Positions 9,389 through 19,135 are shown, numbered from the stretch's first letter. The stretch is DNA of 64,000 nucleotides from Spirochaetia bacterium (GCA_965198005.1 CBDAOI010000004.1:1408001-1472000), one strand, 5' to 3'. Made by a program: numbers and translations. The notes: generated by a model from the sequence alone, not told the origin.

Positions 9389-9502
9389 CGGCTCTTGGTG
9401 ACGCCGCCAGCCGGCACGCCGGCAGCCGGCATGCTCACCACAGTCGAAATACCTCGCCGGGCTGATAGTCGGGCTTGAGGTCCCAGTGCCAGCCGATGGG
9501 CA

Positions 9503-9533
9503 GGTCGCGGTGGCGATCTGGTTGCCGACCCCT
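9503..9533. repeat. 31-bp direct repeat, copy 1
   Basis: GGTCGCGGTGGCGATCTGGTTGCCGACCCCT, identical to 10910-10940. Confidence 0.9.
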
Positions 9534-9647
9534 TACCCACGCCACCCTGCCGGCCAACGGGTGCCGCTTCTCGGCGCGCCGGGCTTGCGGGCACCCGGCC
9601 CGGGCGGTGGACGCCAAGAGGGTGATGGGCTAGGTTTGCGGATAAGC

Positions 9648-10079
9648 CTAGGGGGGTGCCGCCACGGCGATGGCCGATTCGAACGCTTCGTAGTGGCGCA
9701 CGTTCCAGGTGATGATCGTCGACGCTTCGGCCTTCAGTGCGGATTGGGCGATGAGCACGTCATACATCTGCCCGCCGATGAGGGTGCGCCGCTGCGCTTC
9801 ATGCAGTGCATTCCACATCTCGAGTCCAGTGAGCTGCGCGATTGGCGTGTCCCTCCAGTTCCTCTCGATGAGGGCAATGGCATCGTCAGCCCGCAGCCGA
9901 TGGGGCGCAGGCAAGCGCGTAAGGACCGCATAAGTCTCAGCCAGAGAGTGAGCGGCTAACACCAACTCCTCGTTGCTGCCCTTGCGGCGCTCAATCTCGG
10001 CACACGTCCGATCGTGATGTTCATGCCATGAGCTCACCGCCGCGACCAGGGCACTGGTATCACAAAGATAGCGAGTCAC
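9648..10079 (-). CDS. vapC: PIN-domain toxin (VapC-like)
   Basis: YLCDTSALVA, LAETYAVLTRLP, GGQMYDVLIA, TWNVRHY. GTGA overlap with the upstream antitoxin. Confidence 0.88.
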   Translation of the reverse strand: MTRYLCDTSALVAAVSSWHEHHDRTCAEIERRKGSNEELVLAAHSLAETYAVLTRLPAPHRLRADDAIALIERNWRDTPIAQLTGLEMWNALHEAQRRTLIGGQMYDVLIAQSALKAEASTIITWNVRHYEAFESAIAVAAPP

Positions 10080-10348
10080 TCTGCCGCTTCTTGCTCCATC
10101 GGCTCGTTGCGGAGTTCCGCAATCGTCTTGTCTACATCTTCCGCATGCATGACCGGCTGGTTCTCCTGGGGTACCGCGACCACGAGAGAGCCCCGGGGCT
10201 GCATGGTGACCTGCAGCGGGACTGGTTCGATCTCAATATGGCCACCCTGCACGCGAAACTGCACCTCGGTGCCGGGGCGCAGATTGGCGGCTTCGCGAAT
10301 CGCCTTGGGCACCACGATACGGCCGGCGCGATCTATGGTAGAACTCAT
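10076..10348 (-). CDS. vapB: AbrB/MazE/SpoVT-family antitoxin (VapB-like)
   Basis: TIDRAGRIVVPKAIREAANLRPGTEVQF swapped-hairpin signature, immediately upstream of the PIN gene. Confidence 0.88.
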   Translation of the reverse strand: MSSTIDRAGRIVVPKAIREAANLRPGTEVQFRVQGGHIEIEPVPLQVTMQPRGSLVVAVPQENQPVMHAEDVDKTIAELRNEPMEQEAAE

Positions 10349-10444
10349 ACCATTATCAGTACCATTTCCTGTGCCATCGCGCAAGCTTCGTCTTGATGAT
10401 CCGATGCGATCTTGGCGGTCAATGTTCGCGAGTAGGGACGGCTC

Positions 10445-10613
10445 TTAGAGCAGCGCCTGATAGACCAGGCGCTGAACCCCCCCAGCCGTAGGTGCCGACC
10501 GAGCGGATGAGCGGGAAACGGTGGCGGCCGTGATAGGTGGCCACGCCCAGGCCCCAGTGGAAGCCGGGCCCGGTCATCGGAATCATCATGTCGCCGGTGT
10601 GGTTGGCGATCAC
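10445..10613 (-). pseudogene. C-terminal fragment of a beta-lactamase-family serine hydrolase
   Basis: GPGFHWGLGVA...SVGTYGWGGSA, then in another frame RLVYQALL* (TAA 10445-10447), implying an internal deletion. Confidence 0.6.
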
Positions 10614-10850
10614 TCGGGCGATTTCGAGTTGAGATGCCCCACGCGTTCTGCGAGCTCCTTTTGCGTGAGGTTCAATCCCTTGCGCAGCGCGATGATCTCC
10701 GTGGCCAAGGTGAACTCCTCCTCCAGCGCCTCATACTCCCGCCTGAAGTTGGGGTCCCCGAGTTGCTCGTTCAGCAAATCCTGATACCTGGTTGCCTTCA
10801 TTGCTCGCTGGCCTCCTCGTACTGTCTCTTCAGTCTCATGGCTCTGATGC
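10610..10850 (-). pseudogene. Truncated HigBA-like pair: toxin C-terminal tail and XRE-HTH antitoxin cut mid-HTH
   Basis: ...IRAMRLKRQYEEASEQ* overlaps (ATGA, 10798-10801) MKATRYQDLLNEQLGDPNFRREYEALEEEFTLATEIIALRKGLNLTQKELAERVG. Confidence 0.65.
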
Positions 10851-10909
10851 TTGCCGGCCACCCGCTCCTCGCTGGTGAGGTCGCCGCGGACCGCCAGTAC
10901 CTCCGCCCC

Positions 10910-10940
10910 GGTCGCGGTGGCGATCTGGTTGCCGACCCCT
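10910..10940. repeat. 31-bp direct repeat, copy 2
   Basis: Identical to 9503-9533. On the minus strand it continues into an SDR-like fragment (QIATATGAEVLAVRGDLTSE). Confidence 0.9.
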
Positions 10941-10984
10941 GGTGGAGGTGGGCGTGGAGCCCGGAAGATGGCGGGTCGATGCGC

Positions 10985-11232
10985 CCTGCAGGATGAGGCC
11001 GGGAATGAGGAACACGCCGATGTGGGCGAGCGGATCCTCGCTGAAGGCAAACAGTCTGATCGGCGGTGGCCAGCCCGAAGATGGCGAAGCTGCGTCCGAC
11101 ATAATCGCCCAGGGTGTCCTGGCGCACCGCCGAGTAGATGCCGACCGGCAGCGCGATCACCAGGCCGATGAGCAGCGCCGCCGCCCCCAGCTCCAGCGTG
11201 ACGGGCACTCTGGCGAGGATCTTCCCCTCCAC
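10985..11232 (-). pseudogene. Two fragments of a DppB-like permease
   Basis: RVPVTLELGAAALLIGLVIALPVGIYSAVRQDTLGDYVGR and FSEDPLAHIGVFLIPGLIL in different frames. Confidence 0.7.
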
Positions 11233-11289
11233 GGATCGTAGACACCGCCGACACGCTCAGCGCAACAAGGTTTGGCGCCCCCGTATCGG

Positions 11290-12252
11290 TCAGTTACGCG
11301 ACGATCGCGCCCGCACCGCTCGCCTGAGCGCCTTGCCGCCATGCGCACCCATGTGCCCCACGCCGCCGCGCAGCCGCGGGTCGAGCAGGTCGCGCACCGC
11401 GTCGCCGAACATGTTGTAGCTGTACACCACGATGGTCAGGAAGATGCCGGGCCACATGGCCAGCCACGGCGCCACCAGCATGTACTGGCGCCCCTCGCGG
11501 CTCAGCAGCCCTCCCCAGCTCGGAACGCTCACCGGCAGCCCGAAGCCCAGAAAGCTCAAGCTGGCTTCGGTGATGATGACCGTACCGATGGTGATGCTGA
11601 AGATGATGATGATGGGCGCCATCACGTTGGGCAGCACGTGGCGCAGCACCGTGTGCCAAAGCGAGCTGCCCACCGCCTGTGCGGCCTGGAAGTAGGCGTT
11701 CTCCTTCACCCCGATCACCGCGCCCCGGACCACACGCGAGTTGCCGATCCCGAAGGCCAGACCCAGCACGATGATGACCTGCAGCGCACCGGTACCCAGA
11801 ATCGACATGACCGTCATGAGTAGAAGCAGTCCCGGAAAGGCCATCCAGGCATCGACGAATCTCTGCGTCACCAGGTCGAGCCGGCCACCGACGAACCCCG
11901 ACAGCCCGCCGACGACGGTGGCCACCACCACCGCCACCGCGGTTGCCGCGAAGCCGACCAGCAGCGACACTCGCGCGCCGTAGATGTTGCGGCTCAGGAA
12001 GTCGCGTCCCACATGATCGGTGCCCAACAAATGCTCGGCCGAGGAGCCCTGCAGTCGCCGGGTCACCTCCTGGCGCTGCTCGGGGTCCGGTGCCAGAAAC
12101 TCGGCGAAGATGCCCACCAGCACGAACAGCACGATGATGACGGCGCCGAGCAGGCCCAACGGCTTCTCCCGTACCAGGCGGTAAAAGAAGTCCGCAAGAG
12201 GGCCGCGCCGGCGTCCCGCTTCTGTGCCGACGGGATCAGCGATTTTGCTCAC
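11290..12252 (-). CDS. Peptide/nickel ABC permease (DppC/OppC-like)
   Basis: HLLGTDHVGRDFLSRNIYGARVSL, RHVLPNVMAPII, EASLSFLGFG, PSWGGLL. Start trimmed to GTG 12252. Confidence 0.9.
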   Translation of the reverse strand: MSKIADPVGTEAGRRRGPLADFFYRLVREKPLGLLGAVIIVLFVLVGIFAEFLAPDPEQRQEVTRRLQGSSAEHLLGTDHVGRDFLSRNIYGARVSLLVGFAATAVAVVVATVVGGLSGFVGGRLDLVTQRFVDAWMAFPGLLLLMTVMSILGTGALQVIIVLGLAFGIGNSRVVRGAVIGVKENAYFQAAQAVGSSLWHTVLRHVLPNVMAPIIIIFSITIGTVIITEASLSFLGFGLPVSVPSWGGLLSREGRQYMLVAPWLAMWPGIFLTIVVYSYNMFGDAVRDLLDPRLRGGVGHMGAHGGKALRRAVRARSSRN

Positions 12253-12646
12253 TGGTAGCGAATCCTCGGGTCCGGATAGGCATACGGTCCGACAGCGACT
12301 GAACGAACAGCGACCCCAGGCCGGGCAGGTTGAGCAGCGTCTCGATGATGACCGCACCACCCACCAGGATAGGCAGCTGCAGCCCGATGAGCGTCACCAC
12401 CGGAATCAGCGCGTTCTTTATCGCGTGACGGACGACGACCACCCGCTCGCGCAGGCCCTTGGCCCACGCCGTCCGCACGTAGTCCTGCCGCAGCACCTCC
12501 AGCATCATGGTACGCGTCATCCGCATGGTGACGGCGGACAGGTAGGTGCCGAGGATGAGGCCGGGGATGATGAACATGCCGATGTGGGCCAGCGCATCCT
12601 CGCTGACGGGAAGCAGGGGTACGGGGGGAGGACTCGGCTGCGTCAC
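12249..12646 (-). pseudogene. DppB-like permease C-terminal remnant with internal deletion
   Basis: MRMTRTMMLEVLRQDYVRTAWAKGL...HAIKNALIPVVT, then YAYPDPRIRYQ* in another frame. The N-terminal half is missing. Confidence 0.78.
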
Positions 12647-12777
12647 CGCCTGGGAGCGGTTGTTGCTACTCCGGAGGCGCGCCCGGAGCGCGGCCGATCA
12701 TTCAGCGGTTCTTTATTGATATTGTGGACGGCATCGGATCTGACGGGATCATTTGATCATCGTACGTAAGGCTCCGC

Positions 12778-15700
12778 TCATTCCGGTGCCGTTGCGGCCG
12801 GATCGGGGGCCAGAATCTCCTCGATCGCCAGGCGGTCCGGTCCGAGCTCCGCGTTGGCCTGCTCCAGCTTGTCGCGGCTGGAGACGACGCAGACGGCGCT
12901 GTGCGGGAAGCCGGCGTCCAGGGCCTGTTCCAGGGCGCGCCGCACCTCGCTCGGGGTGACGGCCTTGAGGCGCTCGTGGCGCGCCTCGCGCAGCTCGGGG
13001 GTGATGCCGGCCAGGTGGCGCTGGAGGGCGAGCCCGGTGGCCGGGCGCGGGCGCAGGGGAGTGAAGCCGCGCTTGGCGACCGCGATCACGGCGCGGCCGA
13101 TGTCGGTCTCGCTCCAGGCGGCGGCGCGCACGAACTCGCGCGTACGCTTGAACACGTCCAGGGTACGGGTCACGTGGGGGTCGCGGTAGGAGCCGAGCCC
13201 GACCGTTCCCCCGAGCGCGTCGTAGCGGAACCAGGCGCCGTAGGCGTTGCCCTTGAACCGGATCTCGGGCAGCACCCAGTCCAGGTTGACGATGTGCGCT
13301 CCCACCTCCAGCGGCACCGCCTCCGGTTCCGAGTAGCGCGGCGCCGGCAGCACCTGGCGCAGTAGGCGACGTGCATCTGGGCCGCCAGTCCTTCGCGCGG
13401 GGGTGTGGCATAGGGCGTGAAGCCGAGCGGCGCATCGGCGATCGGCTCATCCCGCAGCCGTCCGCTCCAGCTCCGCAGGGCCGCCAGCACGTGCTGCGCG
13501 CCCGACTCGGTGCCGGTATGGCTCACCGTCAGCCGGCCGCGTTCCAGCAGAAACTCGCGAATCTGCTCGATGCGCTCCATCAGCGCCGCGTGTTCGCGGT
13601 CGAACGCCCCGGTCAGCCGCTCGCACAGGGCCAACTGCGGGAGCCCGTGCACGATCTCGGCCAGATGGCCTTCGAGGGTGAGGCCGCGGCCGGCGTGCAG
13701 GCTCGCGGTGCGCGCCCCGGCGTTCACCAGTCCGGTGCGGTAGCCGATGCGCGCCTGGATCAGCACCTCGCTCAGCCGCTCCCGATCGCGCGGGTCGACG
13801 CTGAACACCAGGCTGCCGAGCAGCGCCAGCGCCTCCTCCATCTGGTCGTCCAGCGCCTTGAGACTGAAGCGGACTCCGCGTAGCGTGCGCGCCGCCTGCA
13901 CGCTGTTGCCGAGTGCGACCGAGGCACGGATGCCGCCGGTGGCGGCCGCCTTGCGCCGCGCCACCTCCTCGTAGTCGGCGCCGGTCGTGCCGAGCTTGGC
14001 GGTGGCCTCGACGTAGCGCGGCAGGATCGGCCACAGCTCGGCGCCCAGTCCGGTCAGGTCGAAGTCGAGCACCAGATAGTTCACGCCGTTGGAAAACACG
14101 TCGTTGCGCAGCAGGGTGATGCTGGCGACGTCGCTGACCGTGGTGGGGACATGCTGCAGGCGCGCAGGGAGGTCGCTTACCCGGAGTTGCGGCAGGCGCG
14201 CAAGCTGCTCCGGCGAGTTGGGCGTGCTGTTGAGCCGTTCCAGCTCCGCAGCGTTGGCCGCCGCCTGCGCGATCTCGGCCTCCGACAGCTCCTGTTCAAG
14301 TCGTTGCACGCGCGCCGCCAGGGTCCGGTCGAGCCGCTGCTGCATGCCGCGGTCCGGGCTCAGCACCAGGTGCAGGCGGTGGGGATTGTCGAGCAGCCGC
14401 GCGCGCAGCAGATCGGAAAACAGGGTCGGTTGCCGCTGCCAGCGCTCCCGGCAGGCGTCCAGATGGGCGCCGATGCGCAGGAAGCGCAAGGGGTCCTCGC
14501 CGTGGATCCAGCTTCCCACCACCCGGAACAGGGTATGCAGGGGGAACATCGGCTGCACTTCGAGGTACTCGAAGGCCGCCTGGCGGAACGCGGTCTCTAC
14601 CATTTCAGTGCCGATGCCGCCGGCTTCAGTGCTGATGCCGCCGGCCGCCACCCGCTCCAGGGTGGTGTCGACCAGCTCCCGGAACTGCTCGGCCCGCTCC
14701 GGCTCGCTGCCGCGCAGACCGACGCTGAAGGTCGCCTCGCGCCCTACCGAAAAGCTGCCGGTGTGCAGCACGTCCGCCCCGAGCTGCGACCGGATCAGCG
14801 CCTTACGCAGCGGGGCGGCCTCGTTGCCGGCCAGGACCAGCGACAGGATGTGCAGCAGCGCCGTGTCCACGGGGTCGAGCGCGTCGCCGGTCAGCCAGGT
14901 GTCGACCAGGAAGGTGCGCTCGGTCTCGGGTTCGGTCGCGCCGATCGGGTAGGTTTCGCGGTGCGTGCGCGGCCGGCTCCAGCGCGCTTGCCGCGCGGGG
15001 TCGAAGTGGGGTGCGCCGGCGGCGCCGGCCAGCGCCGGCCAGCTTACCGGCTGGCGGCTGAAGTCAACCAGCCGCGCACCGAGGAAGCTGCAGTAGTCGG
15101 CCGTGGCGACGTCGCCGTAGGCGAAGAAGTAGGCGTTGCTGGGATGGTAGTAGGTGGCGTGAAACCGGCGGAACGCTTCGTACGTGAGGTCGGGAATCGC
15201 CTCCGGGGTGCCGCCGCTCTCGTGCGCGTACAGGGTATCCGGCAGCAGCCGGTGGTTGAGCAGGCGCCCGAGGCGCGCATGGGGGTCCGAGAACACCCCC
15301 TTCATTTCGTTGTAGACGATGCCGCTGATGCTCAGCCGGGGAGCGCCGGTGCCGCCGGTGCCGCCATTGGTGGTGCCGCCGCTATTGGTGGTGCCGCCGC
15401 GGCCGCCGTTGGCCGGCCGTGGGGCCAGGTGGTGGCCTTCCCGGCGAAAGGTCTGTTCCGTCAGCAGCGGATGGAAGGTGGCGTCGAAGTACACCTCGGC
15501 CAAGTTGAACAGGTCCTTGGGCACGTTGCTGGCCACCGGGTAGTAGGTGCTGTCTTCGCCGGTCATGGCGTTGATGAAGGTCGCCATGCTCATCTTGATC
15601 ATTTCGAAGAACGGTTCCCGCACCGGAAACCGGCGCGATCCGGCCAGCACGCAGTGCTCGAGAATGTGCGGGACTCCGGTATCGTCGGCGGGCGGCGTCG

Positions 15701-15899
15701 GGAAGGTTACCGAGAACAGGTTCTCGGGGTCCGCGGTATGCAGATGCAGCAAACGGGCGCCGCTGCCGCCATGCTCCAGCAGGTAGGCGACCGAGCGCAC
15801 CTCGGGTACGGCGGTGGCGCTCAGCAGGCGAAAGCCGTGCAGTTCCGCGCCGGGTTCGAGGGTGGCGCCGGCCGCGGGCGTCGATGGTGTGCGTGACAT
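12778..15899 (-). CDS. M16C/insulinase-family Zn peptidase (PreP-like), single frameshift near 13356
   Basis: GVPHILEHCVLAGS (HxxEH), FINAMT, GIVYNEMKG, YYHPSNA; C-terminal GNAYGA and SYRDPH lie in ORF 12778-13353. One extra C restores YCAQVLPAP. Confidence 0.88.
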
Positions 15900-15997
15900 A
15901 AGCGACAGTCTACCGTAATGAGCGCAAGGAAAGGGCGCCGCAGTGCGGGCAGCAGCGGGCAGAGCGGCGCGACGTGCAGCCGCGGCAGCCGCCGGAG

Positions 15998-16681
15998 TCA
16001 GCGGTCGATCGCCACGATGCACGGCAGGTGGCGCAGCGCGCCGGCGGCGTCCAGGCCGTACCCGGCGACCCATACCTCCGGAATCCGAAACCCCACCAGA
16101 TCCGGTGCCGCCCGCGCCCGCTGGTCGAGGATGGTCGGGTCGGGGGCGGCGAGCTGCTTGTCGAGCAGCACGCACACCTGCACGCTGTGCACTTCCCACT
16201 CGGCCAGCCGGTCGCGCAGCGCGGTCAGCGTGAAGCCGTGATCGAGGATGTCATCCACCAGCAGCACCGAACGCCCGGCCACGTCGGCGGGCTCGAGGTC
16301 GATGTTGACCCGCCGTTCCTCGACCGCATCGGCCGACGTGGCGAGGTCGTAGGTGCTGGTCTTGGTGAGTTCGAAGTAGATGTTGAGCGTGCTGGTCGAA
16401 GCCAGCGCGCGGCCCAGGTCGGCGGCAAACAGGAACGCGCCGGTGAGCACCGGGATGATCACCACCTCGGTGTCGCGCGGGTAGCGCACGGCCAGGTTCC
16501 GGGCCAGGACGCGGATCCGCTCCTGGAGGGCGGCCTCGGGAATCAGCACGCGGCGGACCACGCCGCGCAGCGCCCGCGGCAGCGATATCCCGTAGTCCGC
16601 CAGCGCGTCCCGCTCCGGATCGAGACCGGTCTCCGGGATTACCACCGGTTCCGTGGTGGGCGGAGGTGACAGTTGCGCCAT
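15998..16681 (-). CDS. hpt: Hypoxanthine phosphoribosyltransferase
   Basis: VLTGAFLFAADL, PRPP motif VLLVDDILDHGFTL, LLDK, WVAGYGLD. Confidence 0.88.
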   Translation of the reverse strand: MAQLSPPPTTEPVVIPETGLDPERDALADYGISLPRALRGVVRRVLIPEAALQERIRVLARNLAVRYPRDTEVVIIPVLTGAFLFAADLGRALASTSTLNIYFELTKTSTYDLATSADAVEERRVNIDLEPADVAGRSVLLVDDILDHGFTLTALRDRLAEWEVHSVQVCVLLDKQLAAPDPTILDQRARAAPDLVGFRIPEVWVAGYGLDAAGALRHLPCIVAIDR

Positions 16682-16806
16682 CAGCCGGCCCCCGCGCGGC
16701 GTGTCCGGTCAGCCACCGGCACGAACCTGCAGTCGTTCATCCTTCTGCCCACAGGCTATCAACCTTGACCATGATGTGCCACGTCCCGTGAAATGGTGCG
16801 GACGCA

Positions 16807-17610
16807 ATGTGCACCAACATCGAACCCGCGTCGAGGGCGCTGGCCGCGGCGAATCTGGATCCCCACCGGTATCGGCGGTGGGCGCCATACGTACCCGAGC
16901 TGGGCCGGGCCGTGGTCGATCTGCTGGATCCGCGGGCCGGGGAACGGATCCTCGACCTGGGGTGCGGCGACGGCATCCTGACGCGGCACTTGGCGTTGCG
17001 TGGCTGCACCGTGATCGGCGTGGATCGGAGCCGGGCGTTCGTGGCGGCGGCCCGCGACCGCGGCGTGCGGGCGTTCACGGTCGACGCACGCCGCCTGATC
17101 GGCCCCGAGCTGCTGGCCGGCAGCTTCGACGCCGTGTTCTCGAACGCCGTGCTGCACTGGATTCCGCAGGCCGGGCAGGTGGTGGCGGGCGTGCACCGCC
17201 TGTTGCGGCGCGGTGGCCGGTTCGTGGGCGAGCTCGGGGGGCTCGGGGGCGCGGGCAACATCGCGGTGGTGCGCAGTGCGCTGCATCGCGCTCTGCGGCG
17301 GCGAGGTCTCGACTCGGGACTATACGACCCTTGGTACTTCCCGAGCGCGGACGCGTATCGGGCGCTGCTCGCCACGCACGGGTTCTCGGTGTCGCACATC
17401 CGCCTGTTCGCCCGCCCGACCCCGGTTCCGGGCACGCTGGAAGAGTGGCTGGACACGTTCGCGATGCCGTTCCTGCACCATCTCGACTCCGTTACGGCGC
17501 GTGCGGTCGTGGCTGAGGTAACCGCCGCCGTGGCCCCGCACCTGCGCACGGCGAAGGGCTCGTGGCGGGTGGACTACGTGCGTCTGCGGTTTCGCGCGCT
17601 CAGACGGTAG
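16807..17610 (+). CDS. Class I SAM-dependent methyltransferase
   Basis: ILDLGCGDG, FDAVFSNAVLHW, DYVRLRF. Confidence 0.88.
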   Translation: MCTNIEPASRALAAANLDPHRYRRWAPYVPELGRAVVDLLDPRAGERILDLGCGDGILTRHLALRGCTVIGVDRSRAFVAAARDRGVRAFTVDARRLIGPELLAGSFDAVFSNAVLHWIPQAGQVVAGVHRLLRRGGRFVGELGGLGGAGNIAVVRSALHRALRRRGLDSGLYDPWYFPSADAYRALLATHGFSVSHIRLFARPTPVPGTLEEWLDTFAMPFLHHLDSVTARAVVAEVTAAVAPHLRTAKGSWRVDYVRLRFRALRR

Positions 17611-17682
17611 ACCGGCACAGGGCTCACGCCGAAATCCCGCCGCCTGTCGGTGTCGCCCGGAACGGCCGCGTAGCGGATGGCG

Positions 17683-18198
17683 CTAACTCGAACTGCCCGG
17701 CGGCTTGGCGGGCCTCGTCAGCGTGGTCCACTGCGGCGCCCGCATGCGCGCCAGCTCGACGATCTGGCCGACGTGGTACGCGGTATGGGTCAGCGCCCAG
17801 AGCAGCGCGTGGAGCACGGTAAACGGCTCTCCCCGCACGGTCACGGTCCGCTGCAGGTGCTCGGCCCGCAGCGCGCGCAGGGTCGACTCGACGCAGGACC
17901 ACCCGACGTTCCACGCTTCGAGCACCGGATCCTGGTCCACGAGGTCGTTGCGGAACTCAGCGGGCCGGTTGCGCGTCGGCTTCTCGCCGTCGGTGGTGAG
18001 GAAATCCGTAAACCGCGATCGCAGGTAGCCCCCGAGATGCTTCAGCAGGATTGCGACGCTGTTGGATCGCTCGTCCGGCCGCCACCCGAAGTCGGTCGCG
18101 GGGAGCTGGTCGAGGGCGCGTTCGGCGACGTCCCGCATCCGGCCGAACTCAACGGCGATGCAATGCAGTGCATCGTTGCTCTGTACGGCGTCATTCAT
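17683..18198 (-). CDS. DinB-superfamily protein (DUF1572-like)
   Basis: SNSVAILLKHLGG...SRFTDFLTTDGEKPTRNR, HTAYHVGQIV. Start placed at ATG 18198, 7 nt after TAGCAT. Confidence 0.85.
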   Translation of the reverse strand: MNDAVQSNDALHCIAVEFGRMRDVAERALDQLPATDFGWRPDERSNSVAILLKHLGGYLRSRFTDFLTTDGEKPTRNRPAEFRNDLVDQDPVLEAWNVGWSCVESTLRALRAEHLQRTVTVRGEPFTVLHALLWALTHTAYHVGQIVELARMRAPQWTTLTRPAKPPGSSS

Positions 18199-18303
18199 GC
18201 GCGCCATGCTACCCGCCGGGGGCGCGCGTGGGTAGAGGGTCAGGCGCGATTATGTGCAGCACCCGGCCACGACCCCGCTGAATCGGTGGCCTGATCTCCG
18301 GTC

Positions 18304-18332
18304 TTGATTTGCGACAGGTCATGTGGTACAGT
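18304..18332 (+). promoter_or_regulatory. sigma70-type promoter
   Basis: TTGATT-17 nt-TACAGT with extended TG. Confidence 0.55.
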
Positions 18333-18374
18333 TCTAATTGTCGTGATGGATGGTAATTACGCGTGGCTTGGCGA

Positions 18375-18505
18375 GTGGGAGAAGCCGCTCCTAAGAAACA
18401 ACAGTTTCTTGCATGACCACGCCGGGCCCCGCCCGGTGGGAAGCTCCTAAGAAACGACCGCTGTTCTTTCGTGAACACGCCGGGCTCCGGCCCGGTGGGG
18501 AGCTT
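18375..18505. repeat. Two tandem ~56-59 bp hairpin-forming units
   Basis: GCTCCTAAGAAAC at 18387 and 18443; CACGCCGGG..CCCGGTGGG(A/G)AGCT at 18418 and 18476. Confidence 0.8.
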
Positions 18506-18639
18506 GACACGACTTGCCTTTCGTTGCAATTGTGCCGACAGCGGCAACGGAACGTATGGCTCACGTCAAGACTGCTGCGGCGCGTGCCGATAGCCTTACA
18601 CTCGTCCGCTTCTCCTTCTGAGATAGAGGAAACGTACTT

Positions 18640-18915
18640 ATGCCGACGGAAACTGGAAGATTCACCAACGAAGAACTAAGTAAGCTCCATGAACTCATTG
18701 GTCAGAAAAAGATAGATCCCGACGCAGAGTGTCCCAACTGTTTCAACAGAGACTGGCATCTTACTCCTTTCGAGGCTAGAGTGCCATTTTCCGACCCTCA
18801 GAAATACATGCCGATTGTCTCGCTGATTTGTACCAACTGCGGTTACCTGAAATCGTTTAACGCAATTGTGGCAGGAATAGTTGAAAACACGGAAAACAAC
18901 AATGGCAGTGGTTGA
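18640..18915 (+). CDS. Small zinc-ribbon protein
   Basis: CPNC...CTNCG pairs, GAGGA SD, composition visibly lower in GC than the flanks. Confidence 0.75.
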   Translation: MPTETGRFTNEELSKLHELIGQKKIDPDAECPNCFNRDWHLTPFEARVPFSDPQKYMPIVSLICTNCGYLKSFNAIVAGIVENTENNNGSG

Positions 18916-19135
18916 CGAAAAAACGTATCACGTGTACTTGGAAATTGAGCGTGGCGCGTCCGAATTGAAACAACGGCTCGCTACTATAGAAGCTCATATC
19001 GAACACTTTGCTACACGCGAGGACATCAAAGACCAGGCAAACAAGAGCCTCAAGTGGACGGTTGGGATAATGATCACTTCACTAATCGCAGCGGTGTCTG
19101 CTACTGCCGCCGTAATGGGTGGCATAGCCGGGTAA
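18902..19135 (+). CDS. Small coiled-coil protein with C-terminal transmembrane helix
   Basis: ELKQRLATIEAHIEHFATREDI followed by WTVGIMITSLIAAVSATAAV. Overlaps the upstream gene. Confidence 0.65.
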   Translation: MAVVDEKTYHVYLEIERGASELKQRLATIEAHIEHFATREDIKDQANKSLKWTVGIMITSLIAAVSATAAVMGGIAG

